In this document: one piece after another, positions 27,881 through 37,704 of the stretch
Layout: the number at the start of each line of letters is the position of its first letter
Position numbering within the stretch: the first letter of the stretch is position 1
Assembly: GCA_964502815.1 (NCBI GenBank)
Contig: CAZCXV010000004.1
Span: 18,150 to 74,053 of the forward strand
Reading direction: 5' to 3'
Origin: an uncultured Gammaproteobacteria bacterium
GTDB taxonomy: Bacteria > Patescibacteriota > Microgenomatia > UBA8517
Length of the DNA: 55,904 bases
The notes under the pieces: generated by a model
The model's database searches: none
The model's input: only the letters and a program-made list of their open reading frames with translations
Told to the model about the DNA's origin: nothing
Position numbers and translations under genes: made by a program

Positions 27881-28696
27881 GTGAAGAAAATACTTACAAT
27901 TACTGTCTTGTCAGTATTTACAATAATATTATTAACCAGCAAAAACTTGGTCTTGGCTCAAGATTTTGATTACCATAAAGCCTATGGGGATTATGTCTAT
28001 AATTATGACCTCTATAAAAAAGCTCACTCCGACTTTGAATTAAAAAGAGCCCAGTATTTGCAAACTGGGACTTTGGCTTCCAAAACTGAAGCCCAAAAGG
28101 CAACAGCTGCCATGCTTCAGTCTCGTGACCAAACAACCATTACTTACTTGACTGCCATAAGGCTTAAAATGGCCGAGACTCAAGGTATTGATGAAGGTCA
28201 ACGGGATACTTATTACACTTTCATTGATGAAGACGTATCTTGGTATAGATCTCATAGAGACGGAGTATCAAGTGCCGCCAGCCTTGAAGATTTGTCTAAA
28301 GATTCCGAGGAAGCTTATGCCAGATACCAAGCCACACTTTTAACAATTATAAAATCCTTGTCTTTAGTTTCAAATGGCAAAATTGATAATTTTCAATCTC
28401 AGTCTACCAGTCTTACTTCAAATCTTGAGGCTAAAATAAACGAAATTAGGGCAAATGGCGACAAAAAAACAGATAATCTGGCAAGATGGGTTTTGGAAGT
28501 CAGAAATAGAATAGACAGAAGCCAAGATAAAGAGATTGAGGCTTGGACAATATTAAATAAATTAAAATCATCTGAAAAAGAAAAATTAAATGCCTACAGT
28601 GACGCCCAAGCCAGATTTGCCGAAAGTTTGCAATATCTAAAGGAAGCAGTAAGTTATTTAAAACAAATTACAACTGAGATCAAAACTGCAGATTAA
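27881..28696 (+). CDS. secreted hypothetical protein (271 aa), helical/coiled-coil-like
   Basis: N-terminal signal-peptide-like MKKILTITVLSVFTIILLTSKNLVLAQ. Confidence 0.5.
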   Translation: MKKILTITVLSVFTIILLTSKNLVLAQDFDYHKAYGDYVYNYDLYKKAHSDFELKRAQYLQTGTLASKTEAQKATAAMLQSRDQTTITYLTAIRLKMAETQGIDEGQRDTYYTFIDEDVSWYRSHRDGVSSAASLEDLSKDSEEAYARYQATLLTIIKSLSLVSNGKIDNFQSQSTSLTSNLEAKINEIRANGDKKTDNLARWVLEVRNRIDRSQDKEIEAWTILNKLKSSEKEKLNAYSDAQARFAESLQYLKEAVSYLKQITTEIKTAD

Positions 28697-28708
28697 ATTT
28701 AGGAAAAT

Positions 28709-29254
28709 ATGCCAGAAGAAAATAAGCAATTAACTAATCAAACACAAACAGCCGAAGTCGCTAATTCTGTTCAAACGCAAGTGCAAGCTCCATCTGTTTC
28801 TGAAAATTTACCCCAAGACGCGGTTTCAGCAGATTTTTTAAAGCTTAAGGGTTTTATTGGAAAAGTGAAGCAGGGAATTAAGGAAAAAAGAGAGTTATCT
28901 AAAAGTGGTGTTACAGGTCAACCTGTTTTCGAATTTTTAAAAGGCAACAAGGCCTTGATGTTTGCTTTAATTGTTTTTATAATCTTAGTTGTTTTTTTGG
29001 TTGCAGCGGCACTCTTTAAATCTCTGTCTTTACCAGGCAAGCCAGTTATTTCTCTTTCTCCACCAACACCTGTAGCAATCTTTGTGAGTCCAAGTCCAGA
29101 AAGTGCCACTAATCCTTCCAGATATGCAACTGATTCAGGCGTACTGGATCTTGAAAAGAAAATTTTGGAATTAGATAAAAACATGAGTGCCACTGAAATT
29201 AGGGAGTCCACACTAACACCTCCTGCCTTGGATTTTGACGTCAACTTAAAGTGA
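28709..29254 (+). CDS. single-pass membrane protein (181 aa)
   Basis: Central TM helix ALMFALIVFIILVVFLVAAALF, with no other recognisable domain. Confidence 0.45.
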   Translation: MPEENKQLTNQTQTAEVANSVQTQVQAPSVSENLPQDAVSADFLKLKGFIGKVKQGIKEKRELSKSGVTGQPVFEFLKGNKALMFALIVFIILVVFLVAAALFKSLSLPGKPVISLSPPTPVAIFVSPSPESATNPSRYATDSGVLDLEKKILELDKNMSATEIRESTLTPPALDFDVNLK

Positions 29255-29593
29255 TTTAGTTTGTGGCCTAAGCCTCTTTAGGGAAAAAGGCAGTGAGGTT
29301 TTTCTGACAATTATTCCTACCCGGTCAATTTGGGGGAATAGACCTCTTACTTCATCCATAAACTTTTGGGCAAGGTTACCAGTGAAGGAAGCGTAACCAT
29401 TTGATTCGGATCTATTGCAGAGCCTGTTTTCATATTCTCTGATCACTTTCATTATTTGTTTTCCTTTAAGATTCAATTCTTCCTGCAGTCCCTCGGTGTC
29501 AAAAGCATATCTGTCATGCAAGTTTTTAAACTCATCAAACAACTCTCGATTCTCGTTGAGCATTTTTTGAAAATATTCGCGGTATTTGGTCAC
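29246..29593 (-). CDS. hypothetical protein (115 aa)
   Basis: ORF downstream of the histidine kinase on the same strand. Confidence 0.4.
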   Translation of the reverse strand: MTKYREYFQKMLNENRELFDEFKNLHDRYAFDTEGLQEELNLKGKQIMKVIREYENRLCNRSESNGYASFTGNLAQKFMDEVRGLFPQIDRVGIIVRKTSLPFSLKRLRPQTKSL

Positions 29594-29625
29594 AGACTAA
29601 ATATTAGGCAACTTTAAGCTTCAAA

Positions 29626-30723
29626 TCAACTCTTGATTTTCCTTTTCGGTAGACTGAAGTAAAAAGTACTGCCTTTCTTCTCTTTGGTTTCAAACCAAAT
29701 TTCCCCGCCATGCAGTTTGATTATCTGTTGGGCAACATATAGTCCAATCCCAAACCCCGGGCGGGATTTTTCCCCTTTGTAGAATTTATCAAAGACAAAT
29801 GGACGTTTCTGGACAGGGATACCGATTCCTTGGTCCGTGACTGAAAAAGTGGTTTCAGTAAAGCTGTTGGCTATACTCAAAGTGATCAAGCTTTTTTCAC
29901 TAGAATATTTAGCAGCGTTAATTATTAAATTTGTGACTACTTGTTCAATTCTGTCTTTGTCTGCCTCAATTAGAATCTCTGCTTTATTTTTGACAATCAG
30001 TTTGTGTTTGGGGTACAAGGGTTTTACTTCAGTTGCAACTTCCTTTACGATTTGAACCAAGTCAAATCTTTGATAATGGAGACTTACCTCAGTTTCGCTC
30101 CTGATGCTTTCCAAAATGTCGTTGATTAATCTAGTGAGTTTATCAAGCTCGCGGTTCATTAAGGCCAAATCAGAAATTCTCATTTTATCCGGCCTTTTCT
30201 TGAGTCGTCTGTTTAAGTGAATTTCCGTTAAAAGTTTAAGGACCGTCACTGGAGTTTTGAGTTCGTGAGCCGTTGAAGCTAGAATCTCGTTTTTTAAGGT
30301 TTCAATGCTTTTTCTTTTGGTAATGTCATGCATAATTTGGACATAGAAAAGAGGTTGGTTGTTTTTGACAACAGAGTAAAAAGTGCAATGGACTTGGTAG
30401 AAGCTGCCGTCCTTTTTCTTGTTGACTATTTCTTCTGTAGTGTAGGTACCACTTTTTTTTAAAAGTTTTTTGATGTTTAGGTAGACTTCAGGAGGAGTTT
30501 TGCCGCTTTTATTAATATTTGGATTACGACCGCAAACTTCCTCAAATGTGTAACCGGTCAGGCTTTCCCAGGCTGGATTGACATAGATTATTTTTAAGTC
30601 TGTATTAGTTATTAAAATTGGTTCAGAAGAGGAAGCAAGGATTTGCTTTAAGAGAAAAATTTCCTGGTCTGCAGCTTTAAGCTCTTGTTGAGCCTGTTTA
30701 AGCTTGGTGTTTGAACTTATCAC
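29626..30723 (-). CDS. cytoplasmic PAS-domain sensor histidine kinase
   Basis: PAS block (ILITNTDLKIIYVNPAWESLTGYTFEEV), H-box HELKTP, N-box NLIINAAKYS, G-boxes DQGIGI and GFGIGL. Confidence 0.8.
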   Translation of the reverse strand: MISSNTKLKQAQQELKAADQEIFLLKQILASSSEPILITNTDLKIIYVNPAWESLTGYTFEEVCGRNPNINKSGKTPPEVYLNIKKLLKKSGTYTTEEIVNKKKDGSFYQVHCTFYSVVKNNQPLFYVQIMHDITKRKSIETLKNEILASTAHELKTPVTVLKLLTEIHLNRRLKKRPDKMRISDLALMNRELDKLTRLINDILESIRSETEVSLHYQRFDLVQIVKEVATEVKPLYPKHKLIVKNKAEILIEADKDRIEQVVTNLIINAAKYSSEKSLITLSIANSFTETTFSVTDQGIGIPVQKRPFVFDKFYKGEKSRPGFGIGLYVAQQIIKLHGGEIWFETKEKKGSTFYFSLPKRKIKS

Positions 30724-30745
30724 TTTTAATAATATCTACTATTAT

Positions 30746-30769
30746 ACCTGTTTTTTTAAAAAAACAGGT
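30746..30769 (-). terminator. palindromic hairpin ACCTGTTTTTTT/AAAAAAACAGGT between the helicase and kinase genes
   Basis: 12-bp perfect inverted repeat read directly. Bidirectional terminator-like. Confidence 0.45.
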
Positions 30770-30781
30770 AAAAGAGAGATC

Positions 30782-32044
30782 TTAAAATGATCCAGTAATA
30801 AAAGTCAGGGCAATGCCTTTTTGGTTGGCTCTTCCGGTTCTACCGATTCTGTGGATATAGTCTTCATAGGTTTCAGGCAGCTCGTAGTTAATAACGTGGG
30901 TAACATTAGGAATATCCAGACCACGGGAAGCAACATCAGTTGCCAGAAGGACTTGAATTTCGCTTCTTTTAAAGCTCTCAAGAATTCTTTGTCTTTGGCT
31001 TTGTCTTTTGTTGCCGTGGATGGCGCCGACTTTAAAACCTCGGTCTCGTAGTTCGTCGTCCAATTTTTCTATTCCATGCTTGGTTCTGCCAAAAACTAGG
31101 ACCTTGTCAAAACCATCTTTAATAAGAAGGTCGTGAAGTCTATCTACTTTTTGGGAAGTATTGGCAACTGGAATTACGTCTTGATCCACATTTTCACTTG
31201 TTTCTTGCTTTTTGACCGAAACGGTTACGGGGTTATTGACAAAGGCTCTTAAAATATCTTCAACTTTAGGGGGTATTGTTGCCGAAAAGAAAAGTGATTG
31301 CTTGGTTTTGGTCATTTGAGAGATGAAATATTTAATGTCAGCAATAAAGCCAATATCGACCATCAGGTCAACTTCATCCAAGACAATATTAGTGTAATCC
31401 TCCAGATAAAGAGCCCTTTTTTCAACCAAATCCTTTAATCTTCCTGGGGTGGCAATGACCACATTGGGTCTTCTTTTTAATTCACTGTATTGTCTTCCTA
31501 TATTGACTCCACCAATTATTAAAGTTGAATAAAGTTGAGTGTCTCTGGCAAAACTTCTAAATTCCTCTTGAATTTGTAAGGCTAGCTCGCGAGTTGGGGT
31601 AATTATTAAGGTTTTTTTACTTCTGTCTTGATACATTAACTGAATTAGGGGAATTAAAAAAGCTGCGGTTTTGCCGGTTCCGGTAGCAGCAAGACCGATT
31701 AGATCACGGCCAGCTAAAATGTGACCTATTGCTTGATCTTGAATTGGAGTCAGGCTAGTGTAGCCTTTGGCTTTGATGTTAGCTATTAAAGCAGGCGAGA
31801 GCTTAAAACTGGCAAAGTTGTTTTCAGCTATATAGGCCTCTTCAGTTGTTTGTACACTGGCTTTTTTTATAAAAAGATATGGGTCGTTGGGAAGAGATTT
31901 TTGCCTTCTAACATTACCGTTTCTGCCGTAAGGGCTGAAGCCGCGTCCAGCGCTATAGCTTCTACTACCACTAAATGACCTTCCACCGCCTCTTTGGGAG
32001 CCGTTTCTGGAATTAAAATTGCTTCTTTTTTGATACATAGTCAA
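30782..32044 (-). CDS. DEAD-box ATP-dependent RNA helicase with an N-terminal Arg/Gly/Ser-rich extension
   Basis: AATGTGKT, DEVD, SAT and HRIGRTGR motifs. Confidence 0.9.
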   Translation of the reverse strand: MTMYQKRSNFNSRNGSQRGGGRSFSGSRSYSAGRGFSPYGRNGNVRRQKSLPNDPYLFIKKASVQTTEEAYIAENNFASFKLSPALIANIKAKGYTSLTPIQDQAIGHILAGRDLIGLAATGTGKTAAFLIPLIQLMYQDRSKKTLIITPTRELALQIQEEFRSFARDTQLYSTLIIGGVNIGRQYSELKRRPNVVIATPGRLKDLVEKRALYLEDYTNIVLDEVDLMVDIGFIADIKYFISQMTKTKQSLFFSATIPPKVEDILRAFVNNPVTVSVKKQETSENVDQDVIPVANTSQKVDRLHDLLIKDGFDKVLVFGRTKHGIEKLDDELRDRGFKVGAIHGNKRQSQRQRILESFKRSEIQVLLATDVASRGLDIPNVTHVINYELPETYEDYIHRIGRTGRANQKGIALTFITGSF

Positions 32045-32340
32045 CTTAGATTCTTCTTCACTCTAAAAAAGAGTGAGAAGAACCAAATATAAAAATCATT
32101 GAAAGAGAAATACTAAGTGGAGCCATAAATGAGGAGTAAGTCCCGTATAAAAGGGAGAATCGTTCAAAATAGCTCAAAATCAGTCTGTGGCTAAACTAGC
32201 CTCAAAAAGATTTAATTCTTCTGTCAACTAGAAAGGAGTATACCACACAAACCCCAATTAACCTAATTCACTATAGGATAAGCCAGTCTACGGCTTTAAG
32301 GGAAGGCTAGAACATCGCTAAAGTCTAGACTAAACAGTAC

Positions 32341-32369
32341 TTGACATACATAAAAGTCTATACTATTAT
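32341..32369 (+). promoter_or_regulatory. sigma70 consensus-like promoter TTGACA-N17-TATTAT, 9 nt before the ATG at 32379
   Basis: Hexamers and spacing read directly. Confidence 0.55.
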
Positions 32370-32378
32370 GTAGTAATT

Positions 32379-33551
32379 ATGATAATTAGACACCTTGACA
32401 GGGAACTCATGAGTCACTTTGATAAATATAATGAAGTTTTGGTCTTGCTGGGAGCCAGACAAGTGGGAAAAACTACTATTCTCAAACGGATTTTTCCAGA
32501 GGCTCATTACTTAATTGTTGACAATGAACCTATAAAAAATGCCCTTGAGCGTTACGATCCAACTGTTTATAAGCAATTGTTGAATACAATGCAAGGCATT
32601 GTTGTATTGGATGAGATTCAAAAATTAAGTGATCCGGGTCGCGCAACAAAAATATTTTTTGATCAACTTCCTGAATACAAACTTATTATTACTGGATCTT
32701 CAGCTTTTAATATCAAGAACAAGTCTTCAGAAAGTTTAGCTGGTCGTAAAATAGATTATCATCTTTACCCATTATCCCTTAGTGAATACTTAGTACAAAA
32801 TAGTCTTGAGAATTCTTTGTCATTTCGACCGATGGAGGTACTGCTTCAAGAGGGAAAAGCTGGCGAAATATTTAAACAATATGATCATAAAGCGATTTTA
32901 AATAATATTTTGATATATGGATTATATCCTGCGATGCAGTCCCACCCCAGTGATTCAGTATATTTGACTAATTTAATTGATAGCGTTGTTTTTAAAGATT
33001 TAGTAGAGTTGTCTCTTTTAGAAAACAAATCTGCTGCTCTTTCTTTGCTTAAACTATTAGCTTATCAAATTGGCTCACAGGTCAATTATGCAGAACTGTC
33101 GTCCAAATTGGGAATCGGTGCACGGACTGTAAAAAGATATATCGAGTTATTTGAACAAAGTTTTATTATTTTTACTATAAAACCCTACACATCAAGAAAG
33201 AGAGATGAAATTGCAAAGATGCCTAAAATTTTCTTTTATGACTTGGGTTTAAGAAATGCTTTAATAAACAACTTTGAACCTATAGAGAATAGAGGAGATG
33301 TTGGTCAACTATTTGAAAACTTTGTTATTAGCGAATTCCTAAAATATAATAACTATGGAAACTTTGGATATAGTTTTAATTATTGGAGAACTAAGAGTGG
33401 CTCAGAGGTGGATTTAGTTTTAAGTAAGCCTAATCATGAGATTGTTGCTGTTGAAATAAAGAGTACCTCGCAACGAATTAACCAATCATTTGCGTCGCGA
33501 TATCCAACAGCAAAGGTTGTGGTTATATCTAAGGATAATTATTGGGTTTAA
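32379..33551 (+). CDS. AAA-family ATPase with a DUF4143-like C-terminal region
   Basis: Walker A GARQVGKTT and Walker B VVLDEIQ. The overall layout matches the common 'ATP-binding protein' family often found in accessory regions. Confidence 0.7.
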   Translation: MIIRHLDRELMSHFDKYNEVLVLLGARQVGKTTILKRIFPEAHYLIVDNEPIKNALERYDPTVYKQLLNTMQGIVVLDEIQKLSDPGRATKIFFDQLPEYKLIITGSSAFNIKNKSSESLAGRKIDYHLYPLSLSEYLVQNSLENSLSFRPMEVLLQEGKAGEIFKQYDHKAILNNILIYGLYPAMQSHPSDSVYLTNLIDSVVFKDLVELSLLENKSAALSLLKLLAYQIGSQVNYAELSSKLGIGARTVKRYIELFEQSFIIFTIKPYTSRKRDEIAKMPKIFFYDLGLRNALINNFEPIENRGDVGQLFENFVISEFLKYNNYGNFGYSFNYWRTKSGSEVDLVLSKPNHEIVAVEIKSTSQRINQSFASRYPTAKVVVISKDNYWV

Positions 33552-33753
33552 TACGAATGGGTTCCAAATATCTCAGCCGGGAGCTCATTTCACTGTCCTA
33601 ACTTTAGAATTTAACTTCAGATTTAAATTACCTAAACCAAATAAAGAAAGATTGATTTTGAAGATAGATAAATTTGGTAAAATAGTGCATTCTAGAGTTA
33701 GAAGCAAATTTTCTTTACTTTAACTAATAATAATTTGATACTATGGATTAGCT

Positions 33754-35358
33754 ATGACTGAAGAAACACCAAGGGAACAGTTAAATCTCCTATCTCACAA
33801 TGTTTCCAGAAGACTTTTTTTGAAGACAGGGTTAACTGGTTTGTTGGCTGCTGCAGTAGGTAGCATTGTCAAATCGAAGATTAATTCAGGTTCAAGATCA
33901 AATCCACACACAGAAACTCCTATCGAAACTGCAATCCTGAAGACACCAGAATATCAGTGCGTAAATTTAGATGGCATAGACATTTATGGTACTAATGAGG
34001 CTATTTCTTCAACCACAGAACTCCAACAGCTAACTGATCAAATAAACGATCAATTTTTGATAGACAATGGTTTGAAACCGGAACCACAATTAAATGAATT
34101 TGAAGTAAGACAGAAACTGCTGGATGAAAGTGAAAGATATTTACAAGTAATAGTAAAAAAAGCATTATTTGATAATTTTGAATCACAAAATACTAGCAAA
34201 GATGGCATAGAGGTAAAGACTGATTTTATCAATTGGATTAAAGATCATATGGAGATTTTTAATAATTTCACAAGTCAGGGCGAACCAAAGACCGACTTGA
34301 AGGCAAAAATAAAGAGAATCATAGTGGTCCATGATGATTTTGATGATAGGTTTCCTAGTCACCAAAACGTTGCCACAACTACTTTAGATACTGACGCCCA
34401 ATGGGCTTTCTTTTGGGATGTTAGGGGAGATGTAGATCCAACAACAAATGAATCACAAGCATCATCGTTTTTAAGACCTACTTTTGTTAATGGAAGGATT
34501 GTTACCATAGATTATGGAGTGATTCATGAATGGACTCATATGCTCTATAACTTGCCCGATCAATATATTTTTAATTCAGAAAAGTTTTCTTATCGTCCAG
34601 TAGACTTAATTCCTCCATTTCTAATGAGTCAGGGAGGTATGATGTATGACCGCTCTCCATGGTTTTATTACGCTCTTAAGTATATTCGTGATAACAATAT
34701 ACGAGGATATTATACAGATGAGAGGGCTATGGGGATTATAGGTCAAAGTTCTTTGAAAGAAGATCAAACGACTGTATTAGATATTTTTAAACAACATCCA
34801 AAGACTAACAGATTTGTTATTAAGGATGCAGATGACCAGCTTTTGGAAGCTCAGATAACAGTTTTAAAAAGCCGCAATGACCGAGATGGTAATTATTACA
34901 ATCCAAAAAACTTCGAGCCTTGCTATAATGGGCAGGTGATTAATGGGGTTTTTGAACTAGATGCAGATATTTTTGCTTCGTTTGGTGCTGTAGATTTTGC
35001 TGGTAGAAGTGTTATTCAGTGGCCTACAAACTTTGTTTTTGAAATCACAACCTCTAAGGGGGATAAAGCAATATTACATTTTCCTGTTGTTATTTTTAAT
35101 ATTGCAAGTCTTGCAGGACTTGATGAAGCTAGTTATAGTCTCCAGTTATTAAATACAGATGCAACATCATCCACTAATCAACAAGTTATGCAAATGAGTG
35201 AATTTACACCAGAGCAAATGAATATACATTATCCATATGAAGCCGTAAACATCCCATACGCCCAGCTAGATATTGACAATATTCCTGTCTCTTTTCATTG
35301 GATAATGGCAGATCCTAAGATTGGTGAGATTCAAGATCGAAGTTTATTTGGATACTAA
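33754..35358 (+). CDS. exported protein with a twin-arginine signal and an HExxH motif (putative zinc metallopeptidase)
   Basis: N-terminal SRRLFLKTGLTGLLAAAVGS matches the Tat consensus S-R-R-x-F-L-K. An internal IHEWTHML motif is present. Confidence 0.5.
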   Translation: MTEETPREQLNLLSHNVSRRLFLKTGLTGLLAAAVGSIVKSKINSGSRSNPHTETPIETAILKTPEYQCVNLDGIDIYGTNEAISSTTELQQLTDQINDQFLIDNGLKPEPQLNEFEVRQKLLDESERYLQVIVKKALFDNFESQNTSKDGIEVKTDFINWIKDHMEIFNNFTSQGEPKTDLKAKIKRIIVVHDDFDDRFPSHQNVATTTLDTDAQWAFFWDVRGDVDPTTNESQASSFLRPTFVNGRIVTIDYGVIHEWTHMLYNLPDQYIFNSEKFSYRPVDLIPPFLMSQGGMMYDRSPWFYYALKYIRDNNIRGYYTDERAMGIIGQSSLKEDQTTVLDIFKQHPKTNRFVIKDADDQLLEAQITVLKSRNDRDGNYYNPKNFEPCYNGQVINGVFELDADIFASFGAVDFAGRSVIQWPTNFVFEITTSKGDKAILHFPVVIFNIASLAGLDEASYSLQLLNTDATSSTNQQVMQMSEFTPEQMNIHYPYEAVNIPYAQLDIDNIPVSFHWIMADPKIGEIQDRSLFGY

Positions 35359-35582
35359 AGTAGGGCTTATAAAATATAATTTTTAAAAATGTTAAAATAC
35401 AGCCATGAGTCTTTCAGTAGGAATAGTTCGAGTCAGAACCAACATTTCCCTTTTGAGCTTGTGATATCGCTTCCTCCTCCAAGAATTGCCAGATTAATAA
35501 CGCAAAGAGACGAACTGGGAAGAATAATACACTCGCAGCCACGGTTATAAATTTAACTTTTATATAAATAACCTTATAAGTT

Positions 35583-37232
35583 TTGCTAAAATACTCCTCA
35601 ATGGTAGAATTTACAGAGATGGACAAATTAGCAGGATCAGATTTGAACAGACAGTATCTGGAAGGAATTAATAAAGAACAACAAAGGATACTTGGGAATA
35701 TTCCACCTGACATTCGTCCCGATAGAGAAAGAACTATTACTGGCACATTTCAATCATTAAGTAATAAGCTTGCTGCTCGTGAAGATTTTGAATTTGGAGA
35801 ACGTCAGCAAGCTATTTTAAAACTAAAGATTACACGTCATCTTGAAAAAGAAGACAATATTGATGCGAGTACTTTATTCGACGCAATTATCGAGTCTCCA
35901 GGTTTTATAAATAAAGACAGAGGATCTTTGCAAAGACTGTTTGAGGTTCATGAAGAAAAAACACTGTTAAAAATTGCTGAAATTAGAAAGAAACTTGCAG
36001 AACGCCAAAAAGGAGAAGGTGCAAATCCTTGGGAGAATCTTTTTACTACTGAGTCGGGGAATTATTATGTAGCAAGGCTTTTGAATATGCCTCATTTGCA
36101 AATGGAATCAGCTTATATGGATCATTGTGTCGGTACAAGCGACTCGTATGTTAATAGAATGAAAAAGGGTGAAATTGAAATACTTTCATTTAGAAATGTA
36201 CCAAAAATAAACTCCAGAACCCAGAAACTTGAAGGAGATACTCCTATTATCACAATTGAATATAACCTGAAAACAAATACCATTGAACAAATGAAAAAAG
36301 CTAATGATGAATATTTAAAGCCAGACGATCCTTATTTTAATGATGTAATTGATGCTCTAAAGCAATTAAGAGGAACGAGAACGGATACTGGAAAATTAAG
36401 AACTTTCGCTAAAATCAATCCAAGTGAATTAGAAAATATAAAAGTTGCCGATTATCATGTTCTTACAGAAAATGGTGCGATTTCATTTCGTGAATTTGAC
36501 CCAGATATTGATGGCTTTGTATTTAAGACAGGAAAAATGGAAATTAAGCCAGAATATTCGCGGGTCGATGTATCAAAAATTGTATCAATATTAACAGGAG
36601 TCAAGTATGAACCAGAAGAATTAGCACGAACACAATCAGAAGTAACTAGTAAAACAAGATTTTATATTGGAGAATTTTATAAAGGAATTGAAACTGCTTT
36701 ACCACTAAATGTTGAGATCCATCCAGGATTTCCAGAAGGAAAAAGGATGATAAGAAATGACACGATTGTTGAAAATAAAAATGTTTATGATTTGAGAACA
36801 ATACTTAAGAAAAAAGAAGTTTACATAACAGATTATGCTGGTCAAATATTGGAAAACGCTAAGCTTGGTAATTCTGGGGAATATAGAACCATTATTCTTA
36901 GTGTTGGACACTTAATGAGAAAAACAGACACAAAAGGTTATTTGACAACAGGTGAAGTAAAAGGGAGGTTAACAGAACTTGGTTTACTGGATAAAGACAA
37001 TCCTACACCTCCTGAAATAGCAGCATATTATGCCCTTCAAAATGGTGATACTATTGACATGTATGAATGGGTTTACGAGATTGGAATGGAACCGGTCGCT
37101 GATTCTGATGGCTACCCGAACGTGTTCGGTGTCAGTCGCGGTGAGTATGGCGTGGGGTTGTACGGCGATTGGATCGGTTCCGGCGACGGGTGGGGTTCTG
37201 GCGATAGGCTTCTTGTTTCAGTTCGCAAGTGA
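35583..37232 (+). CDS. DGR target protein: PcfJ-like central region with the variable repeat in its C-terminal 44 codons
   Basis: The 3' end is the VR copy of the repeat pair. MDHCVGTSDSYVNRMKKGEIEILSFR resembles the PcfJ-like HCVG signature (recollection). The likely true start is ATG 35601 rather than TTG 35583. Confidence 0.8.
   Translation: MLKYSSMVEFTEMDKLAGSDLNRQYLEGINKEQQRILGNIPPDIRPDRERTITGTFQSLSNKLAAREDFEFGERQQAILKLKITRHLEKEDNIDASTLFDAIIESPGFINKDRGSLQRLFEVHEEKTLLKIAEIRKKLAERQKGEGANPWENLFTTESGNYYVARLLNMPHLQMESAYMDHCVGTSDSYVNRMKKGEIEILSFRNVPKINSRTQKLEGDTPIITIEYNLKTNTIEQMKKANDEYLKPDDPYFNDVIDALKQLRGTRTDTGKLRTFAKINPSELENIKVADYHVLTENGAISFREFDPDIDGFVFKTGKMEIKPEYSRVDVSKIVSILTGVKYEPEELARTQSEVTSKTRFYIGEFYKGIETALPLNVEIHPGFPEGKRMIRNDTIVENKNVYDLRTILKKKEVYITDYAGQILENAKLGNSGEYRTIILSVGHLMRKTDTKGYLTTGEVKGRLTELGLLDKDNPTPPEIAAYYALQNGDTIDMYEWVYEIGMEPVADSDGYPNVFGVSRGEYGVGLYGDWIGSGDGWGSGDRLLVSVRK
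35584..35592 (+). promoter_or_regulatory. extended -10 element TGcTAAAAT, 8 nt before the ATG at 35601
   Basis: Same TGn-TAnnnT-N8-ATG geometry as at folD. Confidence 0.4.
37099..37230 (+). repeat. DGR variable repeat (VR)
   Basis: 132 bp aligned by hand to 37535-37666. There are 21 differences, each opposite an A in the other copy. Confidence 0.9.
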
Positions 37233-37534
37233 TTTTGATTCTTTGACCCTTTGATACTTTACGTTTTTTGTTTTGACGTCAGCCACAAGCTGGGTTTATA
37301 CTTTTAAAGTTTGGTTAATCTTGAACGGTTACGGCTGTTAGAAACCTTACTGATGAATTTAAACTGAGAACAGGAACGGTTAAGGCTTTTCTTGGAGGGT
37401 TTAAATTTGTCCACTAAAAAAGGAAAAACTTGGTGTCCCATGTTGGTTGATTACTCGAAAGAGGTTATCACACGTAAAATACAGCTGATGTCAATTTACA
37501 AAGGTAGTGGAATAGATGAGACGGTACACATAAA

Positions 37535-37666
37535 CTGATTCTGATGGCAACCCGAACGTGTTCAATGTCAATCGCGATGAGAATGGCGTGAAGTTGAACG
37601 ACAATTGGATCAATTCCGGCAACAAGTGGAATTCTGACAATAGGCTTCTTGTTTCAGTTCGAAAGT
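37535..37666 (+). repeat. DGR template repeat (TR), non-coding
   Basis: A-rich copy with AAY codons in the VR frame. 21 of its 38 adenines differ from the VR, and no C, G or T differs. Confidence 0.9.
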
Positions 37667-37676
37667 ATTACTTTTT

Positions 37677-37704
37677 CCCCGCTCAATTTCTGGGCGGGGT
37701 TTTT
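37677..37704 (+). terminator. GC-rich hairpin (CCCCGCTC-aatttct-GGGCGGGG) plus TTTTT, 10 nt after the TR
   Basis: 8-bp stem with one G-U pair, read directly. It overlaps the avd stop codon on the other strand. Confidence 0.6.

Noticed and set aside
35414-35746. 110-aa minus-strand ORF upstream of and overlapping the DGR target start
   Set aside because: It overlaps the promoter and 5' end of the target gene and has a hydrophobic low-complexity translation. It is probably spurious.
37233-37534. The VR-TR spacer as a possible decayed avd gene or a second repeat copy
   Set aside because: It contains no ORF of 60 aa or more on either strand, and I detected no similarity to the VR/TR or to the Avd sequence. 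Its function, possibly the TR promoter, is unknown.
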